Shown here piece after piece: positions 54,308 to 64,000 of a stretch of 64,000 nt of DNA. The DNA is taken from positions 93,930,001 through 93,994,000 of the forward strand of contig OX597814.1 of assembly GCA_951406725.2 (NCBI GenBank). The letters run 5' to 3'. The translations under genes and the position numbers were made by a program. The notes beneath the pieces were generated by a model. It searched no databases, was not told where the DNA came from, and was given only the letters and a program-made list of their open reading frames with translations. The stretch is from Octopus vulgaris. Lineage: Eukaryota. Each line of letters opens with the position of its first letter. Position 1 is the stretch's first letter.

Positions 54308-55428
54308 TATTGTTGTTGTTGTTATCATTATCAAGGGTTGAGTGTCGTCCACGATTAGTTAACATCCAATTATCAAAGCTTTTATTTTCGGAAAGAAACC
54401 CTGTTAGACTTCCAATGTGCTCTTCTTAAGACGATATTATGTAATTAGACGGAAGTTTGGTAGCTATTTCTATGAACCCAAACAATCGCACGGTGGGTAG
54501 CTCTTTGGAACGCTTCACAAATTTGTGGGTCAATTCGTTAAAATATTCGCAGCACCTAATTCCCGTAGAAACTTTACATCCTTATCCATGTTATAGAAAA
54601 CACGTAAGAAATATTGAAATGTGAAAAAAAAAGAGCTATCTAAAGATGATAGCCAAAGATATTATATAGTAGCAGTTCTTCAGGTATAGAAACAAAATCT
54701 ACTACCTTATTCCTGTTAGTATGGAGCCTGAATAAGAGAAGAATTGATAACATTATTGAGAGAAACCATAACGTTCTACGGGAACTGCTTACTTTCTGCT
54801 CGCATAAGGAAAGCGAAAATATCGAAGTGCAGACACTAGAAAAATATTTTTCAAGAAATTCTTCCAGAAGCAGGTGGCTTACCATCTCAATAATGGTAAG
54901 CAACATTTAATTGCCAGCCACTCTCTATCAGAGCTATTATATATTTTAATAATCCAAGGTATATTCAAGGAATGACTAACAAATAATAGAACGAGCTATA
55001 TATACACTGTAACTGAAGAAAAACAAATTTTCATGGACAAGAATATACATCATGTGACCAACAACTAGGCAGTAACAACCAAGCACGAGCAAATGAAAAA
55101 GTTCTGTCCGAGCAGAATGTCATTAAAAATGTGTGAGATGTAGGCACTACAGAGAGAAACTGGAACACATTGCTGCGCATAAACTACTTAAATATAGTCA
55201 GTATACGTTTCATTTGTATATTTTGGTTATATCACACATAGACACATGCATACAGACTCACATGTGCATATAAACATAAATACCTTCATATACGGATAGG
55301 CATATGCGTACATGCATATTTTCATATTTATACAAACATAAATATATCATCATTATTATTATCATTATTATTATTACGGAGATGTACTCGCATAGCAAGA
55401 GATTTGATCTGAGATCGTGTGCTAGAAC

Positions 55429-55719
55429 GAAAACAATTGCAGCGTGGAAGGTGTTTGTGAGCCATTTAAGAAACACACAAAAGCCGTTCGATTCATTTCA
55501 ACATTTAAGTTTAATTTGTCAAAATATTTTCGTCACTAAAATCCGCGACCTGTTCACTGACAAAAATCCGTGCTGCACGGATTTTTGTCAGTGAACAGGT
55601 CGCGGATTTTAGTGACGAAAATATTTTGACAAATTAAACTTAAATGTTGAAATGAATCGAACGGCTTTTGTGTGTTTCTTAAATGGCTCACAAACACCTT
55701 CCACGCTGCAATTGTTTTC
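55429..55719. repeat. 291-bp palindrome (145-bp arms, 1-nt spacer at 55574) carrying G3:C8 hammerhead motifs (+55584-55633, -55515-55564)
   Basis: Arms read as exact reverse complements by eye; tttgtca GTGAACA g-gtcgc..gtgac GAA aatatt T tgacaaa. Confidence 0.85.
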
Positions 55720-55764
55720 ATTATTATTAATATATATATGATAATAACACACTCACATACATAC

Positions 55765-55795
<31 letters not shown>

Positions 55796-56053
55796 TATAT
55801 AATAATAAATATTAGGGAATAAATCCAAATTTACAGGGAAAAATCAGATTTAGGATTGAATCCAATTTTATAGTAAAATATTATATTATATTAATTAGAG
55901 ACAAAACCACTATTATGCAAATCGAACAGAGAAAGACTTAAGCCAATACATAACATTTTTTATATAAATTAAATATAATTAAAATAACCACTACGATCGT
56001 TTCGTGTCAGCACTTCTGTTTGATTTGCATAATAGTGGTTTTGTCTCTAATTA

Positions 56054-56118
<65 letters not shown>

Positions 56119-56149
56119 ATATATTCATATAAAGTGAGAACTTCGCATA

Positions 56150-56932
56150 TGGGCAGCACCCGCAAAATTGAAAAAGCACTGACATCTCATTTTAGTAGAT
56201 ATATTTAGCAAAATTACATACAGATACCGTGAAATGCTAAAAAGTAAATTAATTCAATAAAATCGCCATTGGCTTCAACCATGGCCTCCAGACGACTTCA
56301 GAATCTCCTGCAACTCTTCTGGACGGTCTCCTTGCTTAAGTTGGTTAATGCTGCCATACTCCTTGCTTTCAATTCATCCTTGGTGTTACAAGGCGTCTTG
56401 TTGGTCTCTCGCTCAACTGTACCCCACACATAATAATCAAGGGGGTTGCAGTCTAGGGAGTTAAGTGGCCAGATGTTAGGGTTGGTGTGGTCGCAGAAAT
56501 TGTCTAACAGCTATAACTGGGTGTTCCTGCTTATGTGGGATGGTGCAGAGTCCTGTGGCCAGACATAGGATCTTCCAGCAGCCAATCTCTTGGCCCAAGG
56601 TAGCACTACCTCATCCAAGTACTTGATATAGGCCATGTATTGAGTAAGAGGCTGTGTGGGAATATGAATGGAGGCACAACCTCACTATCACAAGTGATCA
56701 CTCCAAACACCTTGATGTTGACTGGATGATTACAATTTAACACACTCGGTACAAGTCATCAGATTGCACTGTCCTCAGATTGACATCCAAACACTCTGAA
56801 ATGTTCTCATTGGAGCTTCCAGCGTAAATGCGAATCAGTACAGCATATCGCTTCCAAATTTCTGGCAGTTGACAAATCAAAACCAAACAATTAAAAATAG
56901 GAAATGGCGTGTTTTAACCATCGTACCCTGTA
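56150..56932 (-). mobile_element. Tc1/mariner-superfamily relic
   Basis: Minus strand: YVWPQDSAPSH, IWPLNSLDCNPLDYYVWG (WPxxSPDxNP motif); tacagggt terminus. Confidence 0.75.
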
Positions 56933-57014
56933 TGTATATATGGATACCCAAACACATAGAAAGAGATAGATAGATAGATAGATGATAGATAGATAGATGA
57001 TAGATAGATAGATT

Positions 57015-57049
<35 letters not shown>

Positions 57050-57057
57050 GGATAGAC

Positions 57058-57109
<52 letters not shown>

Positions 57110-57342
57110 GGATAGATAGATAGATATTGGCGTGTATGTGGATGTGCACGCGTATATGTATACATAAAAAGAGAGAGGCACTGACATAAAGTGGTGTGTC
57201 TTTAGGCGAAGTAATTAATGCATGAATTGAATGCGCACAATATGTCTTGAGAATAAATGTAATAGATCGGAAAAGGAGAAAAACGAACATTATAATGCGA
57301 ACACAGGCACACACACAAGTGCATACGTAATATGTGCGTATT

Positions 57343-57408
<66 letters not shown>

Positions 57409-59046
57409 TATATATCATATATAAATACATGTGCACACACATATGCACGCATGTTTATATGTGTGTACATTTGTATACACACACACACACATTCAAAAAC
57501 AAATGTATGTATGCATGTATGTATATATGTACGTAGGTTTGAGAATATGATTTAATGAAAAATAGAAAAGGAAAACGCATGGAATAATTCAATAAAGACC
57601 TTTGGCTTTGTTTTATATAATTAAACTAAGTAGGATCTTGGCGAGTGAATTATACTTTGAAATTGATTTTGTTTATTATTGAACTCGCTAAATTTTTACC
57701 AATGCAGAATAAATATTAAAAAAAACTGTTTCATCTATAATAATCCAATGAATGTAAAGATAAATATTTTGCCTCTAAGCTATCCAAACAAATTTTTACA
57801 ATTACTGTATTTCCTTTACATTTTCATTTAAAATGAACTCATTTAACTCTTATCAACTTAATATGCTACGACCGCACGATAATACATATTATAAGCATTA
57901 TGGTAGAAATAATAGTAGTTATTATTATTTTTCCATTGCTTAGTATTGATATAATAACTGATTTATTTCTACTTGCTCACTTAAATTTTTAGACCATCTT
58001 TTGCCTAGTGACATGTCTTCTATAAAGGTCTTCCATATACGACTTGTCTTCAATAAGGCATGTCTTCTATACATTCGTGTTGAACAACAGATGGAGGCGA
58101 CCCTCCTATTTCACAAAATGTAGCAAAGAGCATGATAGGCTTTATTTGGTGAGAAAAGATAATGGAAATTCATTCTTAAATGCACACTCAACAAATAAAT
58201 AATCGATTATTCTATGAACATTGATATTACCGATTAATAAAATATTGATGAAGCTGTTAGTATCAGCAAAGGTAACAACATTTTCACACACAGCTAACTG
58301 AAAACTTACAAAATTATTCTTGAGAGATCCCCACAGGTTGTCTGTGTTGGGAAGCATAACAGAAAGGCTGGACGTTACTAAACTCCTAGACAAGATGGCA
58401 ATCTGCGGGACTTACATGAAGCAGGAGAATTTCTGCTTTCCTGAGATATTTATTGAAGAGAAACGAGGTTGCAAAAAAGTGACTCACATATTTGTACATA
58501 TTGAAAAATGGTTGGGTGGTGGCATTTCATTTACCCTTCAAAAGCAACTGGAGAAGGCCTTGTTCAGCGTTTGTGGGAAGGTACCCTCCCTACATGACTT
58601 ATGGTTGTGTCTTCCTGATGTTTAGGATCAAGTATATGACAAGGAGACAGATGTGAATTATAAGGTGCATTTGAGCCCCTACACTTACTTCAGAGAAGTA
58701 AATGGGTGAAGCTTGTGGACATCTGTCATGAAAGTTGACTCTTGATTAGTTGTTACTTTCCTTTTGCAGCATGACAAAATGCTCAATGCATATGTAACAA
58801 GAAGAGATTTGTGGTCTTGAGCGGTTGGGATAGGCTTACAAGATCTATTGACCCTTGAAGATCAGAGAGCTATTCCAGAACTGGACAATTGAGTGCAGCT
58901 ATTCACTTATATGTATGTACATATGTATGTATGAATGTATGTATGTATGAATGTATGTATGAATGTATGTATGTATGTATGTACGTATGTATGTATTTAT
59001 GTATGTATGTATGTATGTATGTAATTATGTATGTATGTATATATAT

Positions 59047-59285
59047 ATATGAAGTATATTTGCCATCTAAATATGGCTAACCACTAAGGGTGAATGTTAC
59101 TGTAGCTTGTAGCCCCAGGAGAACATCTTCTCCAGCTGGCTATTGACACACTTTCTGTGCCCTATCGGTATTTGCAGAAATTGTGTCAATAGATAGCTGG
59201 AGAAGATGTTCTCCTGGGGCTACAAGCTACAGTAACATCCACCCTTAGTGATTAGCCATATTTAGATGGCAAATATACTTCATAT
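59047..59285. repeat. ~240-bp fold-back element (MITE-like or inverted pseudo-LTR)
   Basis: 59047-~59158 is inverted at ~59175-59285 with few mismatches; right arm continues into non-mirrored sequence. Confidence 0.75.
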
Positions 59286-59322
59286 TGTCGTACAGTTACT
59301 GTCTATACCTCGTTCAGAGATT

Positions 59323-59353
<31 letters not shown>

Positions 59354-59633
59354 CAAATATTTATTATTGTTAAATGTTCAAGCTAACGGCTATCTATGTC
59401 GAAGCTTCTGGAAAACTTAGATTTTTAAAACAGAATATTGTCCACGGATGAACTACCCTACATTAACTGTCTCGCTATTGGAGATTCTATTTATTTTTTA
59501 AATATTTATTTTTCTCATTTGTATTTATATATCAATTGCTACATCCTTTAATGTTCTAATGTCTCCCTTTAATCGATGTAAAACCCCATTTGTTTTGTGT
59601 TTTGTATATATAAAAGGATAATGCTTTGTGGAG

Positions 59634-59688
<55 letters not shown>

Positions 59689-59919
59689 TTTCTCTTTATC
59701 ACAGGTTTTGTTGGAGCTCCTGGAGTCTTGCATGTGTTGTGGGGTGGTTACTTGCAGCCTAGGTACCATGCCATTGGTTCTTTTCAGCAAATACTTTTCT
59801 GATTATTCTGGCCGTTTTTTATCATTTTCTGGAATAGCCTGAGGACCGAATCCATCTTTTCGGTTTCAACTTTGAGCTTGTATTGATGAATGTACCTTAG
59901 GTTGTATTATTATCATTAT

Positions 59920-62900
59920 TATCGTATGTTTGACTTTTGCTTTGTATTTCTACAAGTTGACTCCAAGTCTCACCCAGATGCCTCAAGAAACAAGTTAGAA
60001 GTTCAAGTTGGTAATATGCCTAGGGTGTCATATATTTGGTTTTGAACATAGCGTTATTCTAAACAATGTTTAAGAAAACATCAGAAAATTATGAGTTTGT
60101 TATAAAATTTGAGATTACATAGACAGTATTTTACATAGGATATTGATAGTTCCTATGAGCATATCTTTTTAATTTATGCCATTTTGGGGTTTCCTGGTAT
60201 CTGAGCTAGGTAGGAATCAGCCCCATTTTCTATCATTCCTAGGGCACCTATGAAAACAGGTATTGTTTTAGTCTTGAGGTTCCACATTTTGCCAGTTTCA
60301 ATTTCAAGATTTTTATACTTGCTCAGTTTTTGGTAGGTCTTGACAAATACATTTATGTCGATTGGGACAATTACATCAAATATGAGGCATGATTTACAGC
60401 TTTCAATATAATGTTTGGCCTATTCGCGTCTATCTTTTTCTCAGTTTGAACGGTGAAGTTTCAGAGGAGTGAGGTGTGTTTCATTTTCGAGCACTGGAGG
60501 TAGTTTGTGTTCTCACAAGTTTTAATCATGGGGCAGGTCCAGGCTTTTGCAAGTTATCCGGTGAATATCATATGCTGCTCTATCATGCCTGTTGAGATAG
60601 TCTGTAGGCGCAAGAAGACTGCACATGGATACAACATGACCAATGGTTTCATTTTGTTGTTTACATACACGACATGTTGGGTTACTGCCATTATTTAATA
60701 TGTTGACCTGGTAGCTCCTTGTAGGTAGACATTGATCTTGGGCTGCTATGATGAACCGTTCTATTTCTGATTTTAAGCCAGAAGACACTAACCACTGCCA
60801 GATAAGGGCTTTGTCAACATTGGCATTATTAGCTCCCTTGGGTATTTGCCATTGAGAGATTTTTCTTGCCATTTATCAATAAGAATATCTAAGGCAGCAC
60901 TTTTAGCAAGGGTTTTCATTCGTTTAGCTTTTTCTTTGCTTGTTTCCAGTACGTCTAAGGATTTGTTGTACTTGGAATTCACTTAGATATTCCATTGCCT
61001 GTTTTGTTACTGAGTATGATGCTATCTTGATTTCATGCTTTGAGGCAAGTTTTAACATTCAGTCATCAGAGTTATTCAGGTAGGTGTTGCGACCAATTGT
61101 GGCAATCCTCATTATTAGTTCCAGATGTAAAAATCCACGTCCACCCTCTTTTTTGGCTGGTAAAATCGTTCTATATCTGCTTTTGGGTGGTGCATTCTAT
61201 TCACTGTCAACAATCTTCGTATTTTCCTGTCAAGATTACATATTTCATTAATTGACCAGTTAATGATATTGAAACTGTAAGTTACGACCGATATGGCTAA
61301 ATTATTTATCGCTTCTATCCTGTTTCTTGCATTCAGCTCTGTCTTGACTATTGCCCTTACACTGCGATAACATTCTCTTCTGATCCTTTCCTTCATAATT
61401 GAATGTTTGATTCCATCATCTTCAAATACTCCTACGTATTTGTAGCTCTCCGCTAGTTCTAACTCCTTTAAGACAGTCTGCTGGTCAAGATTGACGCTAA
61501 ATGTTTCTATCATCTTTCCTTTGATAAAGGTAGCTTTTGCACATTTATCGAGGCCAAATTGCATCCTGATGTCATCACCGACTTGTTTCACAATTGATAG
61601 TAAGCCCTTTTTTTGTTGGTCATTTTTTGCAAAAAGCTTTAAATCATTCATGTAAAAGAAATGATTTATATTTTTATCAAACTTTTTATAACCATATCGT
61701 ACAGCATCGAGTTATTTCGAGAGAGGTATTAAGGCTAGACAAAAGAGAAGTAGTAATAGAAAGTCCCCCTGGAAAATGCCACATGAAATACTTACATCTC
61801 CAGCATTGTCACTGTTCATACTTACAGACAAGAAGTTTCGCAGAGTAGGTGCTATTTAATACATATCCAGATATTTCTTAATCCAGCTATGTGGTAGAAT
61901 ATCAAAAGCTTTTTTATAATCTATCCAGTCTATCGAAAAGTTTTGTGTTGTTTGTGATAATCTTTCAAGATCATCTTCTTGATGAGTAGCTGATCATTAC
62001 AACCATAGGACCCACGTTTACATCCATTTTGCTCATTAGAGAATGTGCCTATCTTTATTAAATAACTATAGGTATATTCAAGCAAGATAGATGTTAGTAT
62101 TTTATCCATAGTTGTTAAGCAGGTTATGGGTCTATAATTTTTCAGTTCATTTGTTTCTTCATGTTTTGGAAGTGGGAATGTTACACCATTAACTAGCCAC
62201 GGAGGAATTATACTAAGTTGTTGCAAAACATTGATGTAAAGATTTGTTAGCAGTTCATGAATCCCTGGGAAGTCATTCAGCCAGAAGTTAGGAATTTTAT
62301 CATTTTCCTGGAGACTTCCATTTGCTTGACTTCCCGAGGGCAGATCTTATAACTTCTACCTTGACACCCTCCCACTTTTGCTCCTCTAAGGAGTCCAAGT
62401 CTGTAGATATTCTATCAATCCAAGGGGTCTCTTCATCGTGTGTTTTTTCTTCTACCCAAATTTTATTCCAAAATTTCTTCATTTCTTTTGATGGGACAGA
62501 CTTTACTGTAACTGATATTTTCCCTATCTTCCACTAAAAGTTTTTGGGTTTACTTTTTAACTTGTTGTCCTTGAAGAATCTAACACGCTTTTCATATGTT
62601 GCACATAGCAAAAGCAGCTTTAGCACATAACTTTTGCTTGATAGTTTCTATGGTGGTATCGATGCCAAGTATGGTTTTCATATATTCTTTCTTTAATTCT
62701 TGGATTTTTGTTGGTTTGATAGTCTTGTCAAACTTGAGGTATTGTAAACATTCTATGTCAGACTTAAGTAGCTGAATTTGGTATCGAATACTTTCTTGCA
62801 TTTTTGCGGGAATGTTGTTTTCTAATCTTTTCACCGCATAGAATCGTTGAGATTTTCGAGGATAATTAGTAGAGGTAGATGATTTTTGTCTGAAGTCTTT

Positions 62901-62995
62901 CAATATAATGTATGGCCTATTTGCATCTATCTTTCTGCCAGTTTGAAGGGTGAAGTTTCAGAGGAGTGAGATGTGATCATTTTCAAGCACAGGAG
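59920..62995 (-). mobile_element. 5'-truncated R4/Dong-like LINE, same family as 50160-54090, opposite orientation
   Basis: KSSKWKSPGK, NYRPITCL, MNDLKLFAKNDQQ, IIAAQDQCL; 3' UTR matches 53900-54090; a short endonuclease-region piece is repeated at 62880-62995. Confidence 0.9.
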
Positions 62996-63322
62996 AATAT
63001 AATCAAATTTATACAAAACTGTTTGATTAAATCTTCTTTTTCTCTTTTTCTTTCTTTTTTCTACCGTCTTCTTTTCACTTTTTTTTCCTGTCTGTTTAAT
63101 TTCGCCTGTTATAAAATTGAAACTTAAAGATTTATGATGTCATTCCATCAGCGTGTGAACGCTGGTTACTCTCATTCATACTTTACGTCTAAATTTCTAT
63201 AATTTTGAATTTTTATCACTTCTTATTTTGAACTTGACAATATCGTTCAACCAATAAAATATCTATTACAATCGAATCGTGCTCTTCGTCTTGACGATTA
63301 TTATTATTATTATTATTATTAC

Positions 63323-63379
<57 letters not shown>

Positions 63380-64000
63380 TTTCCACTGATTTCTGGTGAG
63401 CTTTCGATTGAAACACCGGATTTATTCTGGTATTTTATGGATGTGTGTACCACTATCTTTGGCTGGGAAACTACTGTTAATATACTGAGTAATGTCAGTT
63501 TTTAATCATTATGCTACTACTTTTAACATCACTCTTCTATGTTATATTTCCTCGTTATGCGATAAAGGTTTGGATTATTCTTTATACGTTTTTTATATAA
63601 GCAGCAATGTGTCAGGCGACTGGTAGGACGTGTTATTTAAAACTTTGTTACTTCTGTGCACAGAAGGGTTATAATTGGAATTCTCTAGATTTGTTTGCAG
63701 TAGGTCCATTTTTTTTGTACATGTTCTATTTCTGTATAGCTATTTCAGTTGTTGGTACTGCTTCTAATAAATGTTCCAGTATTTGATTTATTATTATTGC
63801 ATTTGCACAGGTTCTAACGCTGGAGATGTACTGCGGTGTAACTTAGGTTACACCTCTTATTTTTCGAGCATCTTTTCGAGTATTCGGGTGGTTCGAAACA
63901 GTGCAGTTTTTTGCAAGTGCTCCACCCTTGCAGCCCCTAGTTGTTCCACGTACTTCTCGAGATTTTTGCTCACTGTTTCCAGGGCTCCGAAAATTATTGG

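Noticed and set aside
63420-64000. Possible LINE C-terminal relic on the minus strand
   Set aside because: Too degenerate to assign a family from motifs by eye.

Overview
Eukaryotic, AT-rich, microsatellite-saturated DNA. The tRNA-derived SINEs, (TA)n/(TAA)n/(TACA)n tracts and repeat repertoire look like a cephalopod (Octopus-like) genome; this is an inference. The only clear host gene is one aquaporin (AQP4-like MIP) coding exon at 37004-37597, followed by an intron that apparently runs past the window end. The rest is mostly transposon-derived: Penelope-like elements, R4/Dong-like and Hero-like restriction-like-endonuclease LINEs, mariner/Tc1 relics, Helitrons, SINEs and fold-back elements. 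Most short ORFs in the track are microsatellite artefacts. The standout is a three-level nest at 4494-9613. (1) A hammerhead-bearing Penelope-type repeat was hit, with a 12-bp TSD, by (2) a ~363-bp-period tandem hammerhead (retrozyme-like) unit. That unit was then hit twice at the same site, just upstream of its ribozyme, by (3) a ~1.7-kb element encoding only a Tx1/L1-ORF1-like CCHC zinc-knuckle protein with no RT or endonuclease. Empty-site copies inside the window support both insertion junctions. The window also holds about a dozen minimal type I hammerhead motifs from several families, including G3:C8 and U3:A8 covariant cores. Coordinates and pairings were read by eye, so boundaries of degenerate elements are approximate.
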